36,640 bases of DNA from Welwitschia mirabilis (taxonomy: Eukaryota): the NCBI GenBank assembly GCA_051453625.1, contig JBOZIK010000001.1, forward strand, positions 49,350,852-49,387,491, in the 5' to 3' direction. Below the pieces are notes generated by a model. That model did not search any database and was not told the origin of the DNA. It saw only the letters and a list, made by a program, of their open reading frames with translations. This document shows, piece after piece, positions 10,140-22,191 of this stretch (position 1 is its first letter; each line of letters opens with the position of its first letter). Position numbers and translations under genes: made by a program.

Positions 10140-13100
10140 GGTTTTTCATATATTTTCAACCTTTGCCTATTAACTTCTGAATCTCCTTAGTACCTAAGTC
10201 AGAAATCTCAAAAGAGCCATTAGAATGTACTTTTTCTATAAGATAATGACCTAATCATTTATAGGTTACCTTTTTATGCAAAAGATATACTCTAGTTTTA
10301 TATAAAAGGATAAGTTAACCAGGTTCAAACTTTTTATGAGGTAATTTTATATCATGTTTGAACTTAGCTTGGGATTTGTGAATGAGTTGATGATGTATAG
10401 CACAACTATGTTTTTCATCTAGGTGATCAAGGTGGGCTAATCTATGTTTAAGATTCTTAAAAAGTTGTATTAGATTAAGTTGATGAAAAGAATGATAAGA
10501 GCTATAACACACATTAATAGGTAAGATACAAACTTTTTTATATATAAATTCATAAGGTAAAAAACCAAGATAATTATACTAAGTACTATGATAAGCCCAA
10601 AAAACATCATTAATATTAGAAGCTCAAGACTTCTTATTAATAGAAATAAGGTTTTATAGCATTTTCTTTATTTCTATATTTGTATTTTTAGCTTGACCAT
10701 TGGTTTATAAATGATAAGCAAAAGCTACTCTATGTTCAATTCCAATAGATAAAAGAAGTTTCCTAAAAATTTAATTAATAAAATGAGCTTCTTAATCATA
10801 ATGATAATCTTAGAAAAACCAAAATGTTAAAAAATATGATATCTAAGAAAAGTACAAATAGTTTGGGCATCATTCATAGAAGTAAGAATAGCTTCAACCT
10901 ATTTAGTAACATAATCAACAACCACTAAGATATAGATCTTATTATTAAAAGGTGGTTTAATATGGTCTATAAAATTAATTTCTAATCAAAATCTTCACAT
11001 TCAAGAATAAGTTTAAAGAGAATCTCCTAAGGATGAATAATACTACCATAACGTTAACAAGCATTACACTTTTTAGCAAAATCAAAAGAGTCCTAAAAAA
11101 GACTAGGCTAGTAAAAATCAAAGTGAAGGATTTTCATAGTTATTTTTTTCCACTAAAATGACCTCCATAAATACCAGCATGACAAGTATGGAGGATTTCT
11201 AATTTTTATCATTTGGGCATACATTTACTCATAATTTGGTTTTTGTACCTATGGTAAAGATGTGGCTCTATCCATTTATAATCACCTATTTTATGGAAAA
11301 AGGATTTTCTTTGATTATGAGTCCAATGTTGTGGTGTTTTCATAGTAATAAGATATTAATAATATTATCATACTAAGAAGAAGTATGAGTAGAAGATATA
11401 GTAAAATGTTATTCATCTGAAAAAAAATCATTAAACATTATTATCAAAAGAAGAAAACAAACATGATAAGTAATCGGCTATACTATTATGCTTTCCTGGT
11501 TTATTAACAATGGTTAAATTAAATTCTTGCATGAGGAGGGTCCATCTAGTGATTCTAGAACAAGTATGTATCTTCATCATAAGGTATCTAATTACTGCGT
11601 GATTAATATAAACATTCATAACAAAGTTTAAAAGATAGTGTCTAAGCATATCAAGGCAAAAGATTATTATTAATATTACTTTTTAAGTAATAATGTAATT
11701 AATTTAAGCTTTAGATAAAGTTTTACTATGATAAGGTATAACCTTAAAAGTCATTTTCATTTTTTTCTCTAAGCACCCCACCCATAGCAATATCACTAGC
11801 ATTACATATTAACTCAACATATGTTTTTTAATTGGGTCTTNNNNNNNNNNGTGCAGAAGAGATTTTATCTTTAAGTGTTTTAAAAGCAAGCTGACAAGAT
11901 TTATCCCAATTAAGTTTAGCTTCTATTTTAAGTAACAAGTAGAGGGATTTACAAATTTTAGCATAATCCTAAATAAAATAATGATAAAAACCACAATGAT
12001 GAAAGAAAGGTTAAACTTATTTTACATTTGTTAGAGGAGCTAGGTTTTTAATAATACTCTCTTTTTTAGGATCAATCCTAATTTCTTTATTAGAAATGTG
12101 GTAATCTAATACAATCCCATTATCAACTAAAAAGAAACTCTTTTCCTAACTTAAATGTAGGTTACTGTCAATGCATTTATTAATGACTTTCTTTAAACTT
12201 TCTAAAATTTGTTCAAAGTTTTCATCATAGATTAAGAAATCATCCATAAAAGTTTCAACTGAATGCTCTAATATATTAGAAAAGATACATATCATTTTAC
12301 ATTGAAAATTATTATGAGTATACACAGTCCAAAAGGCATACATCTAAAGGTAAAAGTTCTAAAAGATAAAGTAAAAGTAGTTTTAGCTTGATCCTCACTA
12401 GCGATACAAACCTGATTGTAACCACTATACCGATCAAAAAAGAAATAAAAATCATTTCCTTGGATTTTGTCAAGTATTTAGTTAAGGAAAGGTAAAGGAA
12501 AATGGTCTTTCTTTATTACTTTATTTAGTCTTCTAAAATTAATACACATTCTCCACTTCCCACCTTTCTTAGGCACCACTATCAAAAGATTAAACCACTC
12601 ACGATTAGCCATGGTATAAATAATTCCATCATCCATTATTTTAATGATTTGAACTTTTATAACTTATTTAAGGGCTATGTTTAGCCTACATTAAGATTTC
12701 CTAATAAGTTTTTCATTATCCTAATGTATATTTTATGTTGAATAATGGAAGTAGATGTGGCTATAAAATCATTATGAGACCAAGTGAATGCATTAATCTT
12801 AGATCTTAAAAGTGAGATTAAAATCGATTATTTTTAAGGAAAAATATTCTTGTTTATTATTAAAGATTTGTTTTGATTATCACATAGAAAGATGTGTTTT
12901 AATTCACTAGGTAAAATTTTCAAATTTTTATTTTTTATTAATTTTTCTTAAAATTGACTATTATCTTATACAAAATAAAAAGTCCCTGTTTTATTTAGAT
13001 TTTGGACTTTTGCACAGTTTATAGTTTAGTTTTTCTACTCTCTTAATTAAAATAGTTAATACCTAAATGCTCATAATTAAGTTAATTATCATTGAAAGAT

Positions 13101-13700
13101 TTTAAGTTTTCAACTTCAAGTGGATTGTCAAACAAGGTAGTCTTGTAAAGCATTAACCATTTTTCTTAAATAAATGATGCTGTAAAAATAGACTTGGCTT
13201 AATTTCTCCTTCAATATTTAACTCATCATCTAAATCATTTTCAACAACATCAAATACTCTAATGGTAAACTTTTCATTTCCTAACTAACATTCTATCATT
13301 TCAGTTCTAGTATTGATAATACAATAGGCTTTTGCATAAAAACCTCTGTCTAGAAGTTGTGAATAACCTATGTTATGCTTAACTTCAATTACAACCACAT
13401 CTATTAGATAGAATGCTTCTTAAATTTAAATCACCAAATCTTTAATTACTCCTAAATATTTATTTACTAATGTATCTACTAATTCTAAGATAATCCTTAT
13501 AGGCTCAATTTTATGTTCCAAACCAAGTTGTTGACAAATTTGTAAGTGCATAATATTAACACTCGCTCTTATATCAATTAAGGCTTTCTTCATTTTTTTG
13601 TTCCCTTCTAATATGATAATAACTATTGCTATCTCTAGATCCTTAAACTTTGTACGTTTTTGTAAAAATAAGTTGTTTATAGGTTGGAATAGGAAGACTT
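10140..13700 (-). pseudogene. Element B pol: protease, reverse transcriptase, RNase H, integrase
   Basis: KALIDIRASVNIM (~13550-13590); VVPKKGGKWRMCINFRRLNK..KKDHFPLPFL and FMDDF (RT); CNASDIAMGGVL and RITRWTLLMQEFN (RH); CHAGIYGGHFSG, TNGQA, K*LGHY and QRLKIY (INT). Confidence 0.93.
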
Positions 13701-13799
13701 TACTAGGTATAGTTTGTTCTTGCTTACTCCTAATTAAATATTTTCACAATTTAACATATTTATTATTCTCTTGTAAAAGTTTCCAAAATGGTAAATTTA

Positions 13800-16450
13800 T
13801 GATTACATTTTTCATTAAAGCTTTAAGATGTTTATCAAAGGTAGGATTGGTATTTAATCTATTAAGCTGAGGGGTATTAGATTTCTTACCTTTATCTTGA
13901 GAAGAATTTTTATTATTATGATTTAAAAGAATAGGGAAAGTATGATTTTCTAAGATTTCAATATCTTTTTCTTCTTCATCATTCTTATTACTTGGGAAGT
14001 TGAAGCCTCTTGGATATAAGGTATTATGTCATTTTCACTTCTTATCACAACCTCACAATCTTTTCTTCATTCATTAAGATTTGGTAAAGGTTGTATTGCA
14101 AGTAATAGTTATGGTCCTTTATTAGCAAGCACAATTTTTTAAAGGACATCAACAAGATTTTCAACTTTTGAATTTGTTTTCTCTTAAGATTTTCTTAATT
14201 TATCAATGAAGTTTCCAAGTGGATCATTTTAGTTTTATGGGTTTGATATGCTTACTTGATAATTTGAGTTTCTTGGTTGGAAGTTTAAGTTATTTGTTTG
14301 AAAGTTAGCATTCTCAAATCTATTTCTAAATGGTTGGAAATTGGGATGATTTGCTTGAAAGTTCTTAAATTTNNNNNNNNNNNNNNNNNNNNNNNNNNNN
14401 NNNNNNNNNNNNNNNNNNNNNNNNNNNNNNNNNNNNNNNNNNNNNNNNNNNNNNNNNNNNNNNNNNNNNNNNAGTTAGCATTCTCAAATATATTTCTAAA
14501 TGGTTGAAAATTTAGATGACTTTCTTGAAATTTCTTAAATTTGTTTTCAAAAGATTAAAAATTTGATTATTTATTCATCCTAGATTAAAATTAATTTTGA
14601 TTTTGATTTTATATTACAAATTTTAAAGACTTTTGATTAAATGCATATACTTATTCATATTTATTTTTTTTTTTGTAAGTAGGCAATAAAGGATAATCTT
14701 TTGTTATGCTATAGTTTTCTTCACATAAACCAAAAGTTGGAACCACAAACACACTCTTTTTAGTTATCACCTTTGCATCTACAATCATTTGAGTGTATTT
14801 TNNNNNNNNNNNNNNNNNNNNNNNNNNNNNNNNNNNNNNNNNNNNNNNNNNNNNNNNNNNNNNNNNNNNNNNNNNNNNNNNNNNNNNNNNNNNNNNNNNN
14901 NATAATAATTTTATTTGCTAAGCTTAGATCATCAAGTAGAAGGAAAAGTATGATTTTCTAAAATTTTAATATCCTCTTCTTCTTCATCTTCTTTTCTTAT
15001 CATTTTTAGAATTTTAAGCCTCATGGATAGGAGGTGTTATTTTATTTTTACTTTTGTCATAATTTTATAATTTTTCCTATCTCATTAGAGTTTAGTAAAG
15101 ATTATGTTGTATTTGATCCTTTTGGTCTTTGATTTACAAGCACAGCTTATTGAAGAAAATTATTAATATTTTTAATATTTGAGTTTTTTTAGATTTTCTT
15201 AATTCATCAATGAAATTTCTAAGTGGATCATTTATATTCTTAGAATTTGATATGCTTACTTAATAATTTATGCTACTTAGTTGGAATTTTCATTATTTTT
15301 TGAAAGTTTGCATTCTCAAATCTATTTCTAAATGGTTGGAAATTTAAATTAATTTTATTAAAGTTCTTGAATTTGTTCTTAAAAGATTGAAAGTTAGGTT
15401 ATCTACTCATCCTAGGCTAAAATAGTTTTTGATTTTAATTTTAATTTCTAAAGTTTGAAGACTTCTTTTTAATGCACACACTTCTTAATAATTTTTTTTA
15501 CCTTTTGTAAGTTGGCAATAATGGACATTTTTTAGTTATATGATAGTCAACTTTACACAAATCACAAGTTGGAACCACACTCTTTTCAATTGCTACTTTT
15601 TCATTAAAATTATTTAAGTGTATTTTTCTAATGTTGTTATAAAATTATTAATGACATTTCTTAGTTTGTTTTTGGTTTTTACTTTCTCCTTTTCTTGTTT
15701 CACTTCTTTAAGATCTTTTATGATTTGGAATAAACTACAATTTTCTTTAGGTATTAGTTTAGGCCATGTTTGATTTCTTCTAATAGTTCTTCCAATAATC
15801 TCTATGCATTTTCTAATGTAAGATTCATTAAATTTTCTTCACACAAAAAATATACAAGTTGTTTGGTTTGGCTATTAAGTCCACTATAGAAATAATCTAC
15901 TAATTCTTCTTGATTAAAAACATCTATAGGGTTAGAATACATGGTAATGAAAAATCACTCATCGGTGGAGGCATAATCTTTATTAGATTGTTGTTAGAAA
16001 TTTGTTACTTCTTTCTTTCTTTTTATTAGGTTGTTTCACTCATAAATCTCTTTATAAATGCATCTTGAACTAGGTTCTATATTTTTAAACTTTTATGTGA
16101 AATAGTTCTTAACCATAGTTTAGCTTTTTCCTTTAAAGTAGTGAGAAAAATAACCATGTAAGTGTGATCACTAAGTCATCTTTTGTCATTTTTAAAAGTA
16201 AGTACTAATTATTTAATGTCAGTTATATTTTGGGGTGGGCATTCATTGTTCTCTCCATTAAAAATAAGATAAGCATTTAAATTTTTAACTTTACATTGTT
16301 ACCAAGAGGTAAGTTAAAAGGATTTTAGATTTCACATTTATTATTTAGTATACACTCTTTAAGGATGACATTAGTGTTCAGATTTATGAGGGTAGTAAAG
16401 GTTTTGATAATGATAAGAGGATTAGATGAAGCAACCTATTTCTAGTTTTG
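13800..16450 (-). pseudogene. Element B gag (Retrotrans_gag capsid plus CCHC zinc knuckle); start not resolved
   Basis: FNGENNECP, IFLTTLKEKAKLWLRTI and YFYSGLN. Intact CDLCKVDYHITKKC (CX2CX4HX4C) at 15525-15566. Confidence 0.8.
13925..15625. repeat. Diverged tandem duplication of the gag C-terminal region
   Basis: 13925-14372 and 14473-14801 each align with parts of 14935-15625 (e.g. aaagtatgattttctaa; caagtggatcattt vs taagtggatcattt; gcattctcaaat..atttctaaatggttg; aagttggaaccaca). Confidence 0.8.
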
Positions 16451-17123
16451 TGAAATATTTGACATTATAATGAAATGAATTTATTCTAACTTTTTTTAAA
16501 AAAATTTTCTTTTTAAAAATCAAATTTAGAAATAATAAATGCATAAAAATTTTTATGTTTAACTCTTAAAATATGTTGCATACTTAGCTTGTGTGTACTT
16601 AGGATAAGTTTGTAGTCGACCAAACCTTCTTAGATGTTTTCTTTAATAAAGAGCTACTCTCTTTGATATTTTACCTTTTTACAAAAATTTACCATATCCT
16701 AGCATGCTTAGTTCTATTTATATAAGCATTATCTTAGTGGTTATCTAGATGATATATCTAGATGATTAGAAGACACAAATATCCCAAAAATTAAAAAAAA
16801 AAACATACGAAAATAGAATCATGAAATAACACAAAAACAAAAATAGACGATCATCCATTAAGTTGTCTAGATGATAAAGGGGACAATAAGAAAATCCTAA
16901 TTCTTAAGAAAAATGAAAAACCTAAGTTACATAGACCATTAGTGCCATCCATCATTTTGATAACTAGATGAATGACAATGCATTTTTTTCAGAATGCAAA
17001 ATAAAAAGTTCAGAAAGAAAAATATATGCTTCTATTATAAGAATACAATACTACTGTATACAAATATCTGAACTAAAATCTAAGAACTTACTTGAGTAAT
17101 GATAATCCTTGAACTCCAAGTAG

Positions 17124-17147
17124 CCTTCACCAACACTAGTGCTCAAA
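17124..17147 (-). other. Decayed primer-binding site of element B, probably tRNA-Asp type
   Basis: - strand tttgagcactagtgttggtgaagg next to the 5' LTR. Resembles Athila TGGCGCCGTTGCCGGGGA after mostly C>T/G>A decay. Confidence 0.55.
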
Positions 17148-18397
17148 TATTGTAATGCATGTTTGTGCAAATGTTAAGTACTAAAATAAATCCTATAAAT
17201 CACAAATATATATAGATTTTGCATAGCATAATACATAATATAGATGGGAGTGACCCAAATGTCGTAATCTCATTTAAGGCATAGGTAAGAAAAAAGAGAA
17301 TTAATTTCAAAAATACTATGTAACCTTAAAGTCTAATAAAATAACAATGCAAATGAATATGCTATGCAAACGAAATACAAGTCTTATTCTAAATGAAACT
17401 TCTATCTAATTACCAAATCAACCTGTCATGAATATCTATGCTATATAACTTAGATCACTCAAGGAAAGTTGTTACTAGACTAAGACTAATATAAGTATCA
17501 AGTACATCAAATCTAATATGAAAATAATGCAAACTTAATCTAGAAAATGAGATGAAATACACCTAAACTAATAATGTCAACCTTAACAAAGGTTTCCTTC
17601 ATGATCTATACCACTAAAGAATCTATCATGGAATCAGAAGCAACATAAACCATAATGGAGATGTACATAATAAAAATATTTAAAAATAAAAATAGATTTT
17701 GATTAAAAGCAAACTAACATTCTTGTTACAAAGCAGCAGCACCTCAATGAAGAATACATAGCCCAACATTAAGGAAGATGTCTATCTACAATAATAATGT
17801 ATGGATCTCTTACCTTTTGATCTCCTGTCATGAGAATTTATGGTGCTAAAAAAGATGAAAATGAAGTCAAGGATAAAGGAGATATTTATTATAAAATTTA
17901 CTCCAAAATCAAAAAATACAAATAGATGCATTAATAACTCTAACAACCATGCAAGAAGATGTAAGTCATATGGACAGAGTTTGGTGAAGTTTAGTGAAGT
18001 ATTTATTTTAAGTATTGTCATGTTGGTTATTCAGATGCCACAAGAGATGATGCCACATTATATGAGTTTCACATCAGCTGCTAGATTGATCTAGCAAGTA
18101 TCCTTCTTAGCTTAAGCGATTCTATCATCTATATGGTTTTCTGGACAATTAGGTAAATGATGGGCCTTTATAAGGTGTTTCTTGTGTTGCATTAGCCTCT
18201 TTGATTATAGGATTGTTGCTTCAAATAGAAAGTCTTATAAGTTGCTTTAAATGCTATCAAATATAATAAAGATTACATATTTTTATAACATTTTCCTTAG
18301 CTCTTTATTATCATCAAAACTTAGCATAAACATGTCAAATGTCTTACAAAACTACTAAAAATACCCTATCAATTACATACAATTTGGCAGTGCAACA
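17148..18397 (-). repeat. 5' LTR of element B
   Basis: Direct repeat of 4901-6158, flanked by the PBS and the TSD. Confidence 0.92.
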
Positions 18398-18895
18398 CTT
18401 CAAAAAATAATCTTCCAAAATAATANNNNNNNNNNNNNNNNNNNNNNNNNNNNNNNNNNNNNNNNNNNNNNNNNNNNNNNNNNNNNNNNNNNNNNNNNNN
18501 NNNNNNNNNNNNNNNNNNNNNNNNNNNNNNNNNNNNNNNNNNNNNNNNNNNNNNNNNNNNNNNATCATTCATCAACTTAATGTCATGGAATTTAAGAATA
18601 AACTTCAACATAAACTAGTCCAACTTCAACACCTTAATGAGAAATGTAATTATGCTATTCATAAATAACTCGTCCAGAAAGCTTAATCTAAACTTTACTA
18701 TGATAAAAAGCTTATTTATAAATATTTTTAACCTATTTAGTTGGTACTATCTTTTAATACCTAAGTGCATCTACTTCTAAATGGATAGATACTTATTTAA
18801 TACATAATGTACATCTTCATGGCTTTGTTAAGATTTTTGACTTAAATACTCATGAAAAATTAAAAGTAAATGGATAACAGTTGAAGTCATATCAA
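18398..18895 (+). pseudogene. Element C integrase C-terminal remainder
   Basis: LQKIIFQNN, gap, then KLYYDKKL...KWIDTYLIHNVHLHGFVKI...KVNG*QLKSY (decayed GPY/F-type C-terminus). Confidence 0.85.
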
Positions 18896-19318
18896 TCATT
18901 AAATGATTATCATTATAATGTGGATAGGATTAAATAAATTAACTTAGATGATCCNNNNNNNNNNTTACCTAGAATGGACATCTTCCTTTCACTATTTTTT
19001 AAATAGTTTCTTATGTGGATTTCTTGATTGATTCAACCTACTATTTGATTATCTATTAACTTGGTTTTCTATTATAGTTCATCTAAGTTTTCATCAAAGC
19101 AATTCTTTACTTTTGGTATTTAGAATGATAAATATTGGATTTTAATCAATCTAAAACATTCTGATGTCTATGAACTTTCATGTTTATGATAATTTTACTT
19201 AAGTATTAATTATGTTAAACCAGATTCTAGGATGTTTTGTACTTAGTTAATTTATTATTTTAAAGATTAATTAATGTTTCAAAAAGATAAATTAAAGATA
19301 ATTACTAAATCAGAAAAA

Positions 19319-19322
<4 letters not shown>

Positions 19323-19378
<56 letters not shown>

Positions 19379-19478
19379 NNNNNNNNNNNNNNNNNNNNNN
19401 NNNNNNNNNNNNNNNNNNNNNNNNNNNNNNNNNNNNNNNNNNNNNNNNNNNNNNNNNNNNNNNNNNNNNNNNNNNNNN

Positions 19479-19548
<70 letters not shown>
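19323..19548. repeat. (GA)n microsatellite spanning an N gap, in C's 3' UTR
   Basis: Pure AG run on both sides of gap 19379-19478. True length unknown. Confidence 0.95.
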
Positions 19549-19551
<3 letters not shown>

Positions 19552-20722
19552 ATAACGTAAAATTCCAAAAATAAATTTCATGATGTTCTAATACAAGGAA
19601 CATTTGGTAGTATTATATGATAACTATGGAAACTCCACCAGAGAGTTAGTTGGCCATGATCTAGTTTTTAACTTATGGGTCTTTCCTCTTTTAGTAGTGA
19701 TTACACTTCCCTCATCATGATGAATGATTATTTCAATACCCTATTAACTTGATTTTCTATAACTTTAGAGCCATTTCTTTGAGAGCATGATAAAATATAT
19801 TGATCATTGAATAATATATTAGCAAAGTTTTGTTGTTTATTTAGTAGATGATTTGCTTGATTTTAGTTCTAATATTACATTAATACTTTACAAAAAAATT
19901 CATTTGATATTATTATAATCATTACCCCTATTAGATGAGGCTTATTATTATTTAGCACTTAATCATACATCTTTAATATTAGGTAGTTCCATGATGAATA
20001 CCATTGAGCCTTTCTATGTTAGTATTTAGGATAAAGTAGTTAATCTTATTCATATATCTTTATTTCTATTCATTATTTTTAGCATTTTCTTGTGTTTTTG
20101 AGAAATCTCAAAGCCATTTTCACATTTTACTTCCATCTTAACAAGACCTACACCATTTTAAGTTGTTATTATCTCTATTTATTTCATCTCATTAACCTTT
20201 ACTTGATCATATTATTGCCTTAATCATTGACCATCAGTTTCATTTTCATCTTACTTTCCAACTCATCAAGTGTGACCATTATTTTCTTCTTTCTTTTTCT
20301 TTTTTATTTTTAGGTCATGTTTCTCTACTTTCTTTTTATTTTTTATTGCCTTAATCATTGACCTTAGAACTTTTGACTTTTTCCTTCTGATCATCACATG
20401 TAGAATTTCTTAAAATTTAGGACAAATTTATCCACTTCATGGGGTGGAATCTTTAGAATCATCAAAAGATTGAATTTAATTAAAATGAATTTGTGTATTA
20501 AAAAAGGTTTTTATAGAATTAAATCATAGTTGTAAATTTAATGCATATCTTTATCATGATGATTAATTAGAATATCTTTTTTATATGATAAAATGAGATG
20601 CATTTTATATTTAACAATGCAAATATCTTTTAAATGTTATTTTTCATTTTCTTTCTAAGTTGTCTTCCTCTTTTTTTTTCCTTTGCTTTGTCATGGACTT
20701 GCAAGTGCTCATTAGAGGACTA

Positions 20723-22191
20723 TGATAGGTAGCTAACTTGTCATAATTGACATATGGTTTGAAGTTTATTTTTAAGTCATTTTTATAGATTTCCAAGCAG
20801 ATTAGGAAGAACTTGAAGATTCATTAAGATGATCAAATGAAGCATCAATTTTTGAAATTATGAATATTTTCTAGTATATTTTAGATACTAGAGTATCATG
20901 GTTTAATTCAAACTAAGAAATGATAATCAACATGACTATAAAATGGAAAAGTAGTGTCATCCACTCAATCATTTAGATGACACTCAAAGGACAACAATCA
21001 TTCATTAAGTAGAATCACAATCTAAAGATGGCCCTAATTAGTCTTCATAATAAATGCTAAGTATACCACTAAATTTTACTCCTTAAAAATATTTTGGAAT
21101 ATGTTAATGAACTTAAAATCCATGGTCAAATTCAAAAGACATCCCACCTTGACCAATGCACTTATAAAAAATGAAGGAAGGTCAATTCTAGCAAAAGAAA
21201 GCATTAAAAATTGAGAGAAAGTCTAATTATGATAATTTAATAAGAGAAAGTTTCAAAATATATTTTATCCACCTAGTCATTTGGATCATATCAAAAGATA
21301 ACTAGTAGGAATAGAAGAAAGAAAAATACCATTATTCACCTCATTATCTAGATGACGTTGCTAGATGATACTCAGTATACATAAATAGAAATGTTATTTT
21401 TACACTGACATTCATCCATTTAGTCATTCAAATGATATGAGATGGATGACACTTAGGCATTACACTAAGAAAACATGTGGAGGATAGTAAACCATTATAA
21501 AAAAAGATCACATTTCATCCACCTGATTGTCTGGATAACACCTAGTAGAATGACAACCCTAATTAATGTAGAACTATTTTATCTAGTACAAAATCAATGA
21601 TATATTTACTCTTGATTAGTTACTACTCCTTAGTAATCTAAACCATCAATTCAAAGGTGTAAATACCTCCCTTAACTTTCCCATTTTTGATCTCTGATGC
21701 ATAAATTATTCTTATGATGACTTGAAGTTCAATTAAGAAAGGAATCCCTCTAGCTTAAGAGAGGAGCTTAACTTGGTATTGGGTTGAGATTACTTCATTC
21801 AGGGATGACTAATTTTAAGCTGATGTAAGAGCATTGCGATTAATATAAGATTATTTTATTTCTACTATATTCTGTCTTATCTTCTTTACAATTTATTTAG
21901 ATTAAAATTAAAGTGGCATTAATTTGTAATTGATATAGACTATAAGGATTAATCTAGGTAATAATAGATGGGTTAATGTGGTTAGTAAACTACATTTAGG
22001 ATTGCATTTTTCTTCCTAAATTATATTTAGAATTACATTATTTATTATTTTAGAATTAAATAAAAATTTATTGTAATTTATTTTTAAATAAATCAATCTC
22101 CTAGATGTACTTTGAAGTTCATTCTAGAGTTTGACATTATGTTGACTTCCTACACTCGTGTGTTTATTTGGTTAGATACTAAGTATTAGCA
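20723..22191 (+). repeat. 3' LTR of element C, truncated near its end by element D
   Basis: Follows PPT-like gctcattagaggacta and starts with TG. Inverted homology to D's LTRs, with the same palindromic motif cluster. Confidence 0.65.

Larger units (their letters stand above)
4901..18397 (-). mobile_element. Element B: full-length (~13.5 kb) decayed Athila-like Ty3/gypsy LTR retrotransposon
   Basis: Direct-repeat LTRs, TG...CA ends, 5-bp TSD, PBS and PPT. Domain order is gag-PR-RT-RH-INT, then an extra 3' ORF. No chromodomain seen after integrase. Confidence 0.95.
3874..22191 (+). mobile_element. Element C: host Athila-like Ty3/gypsy element (RNase H, integrase, 3' UTR, 3' LTR), interrupted by A, B and D
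   Basis: Integrase sequence continues across B (...NKILQ | LQKIIFQNN). 18560-22190 is homologous, in inverted orientation, to D 22192-25750. Confidence 0.85.

Noticed and set aside
9960..10140. Chromodomain after integrase
   Set aside because: Integrase ends shortly after the QRLK-type motif in B, C and D with no chromodomain signature.
19279..19603. SLSLSL ORFs
   Set aside because: Translation of the (GA)n microsatellite plus a gap.
21260..21560. CRISPR-like palindromic repeats with spacers
   Set aside because: Repeats are degenerate, irregularly spaced, inside LTRs, and there are no cas genes.
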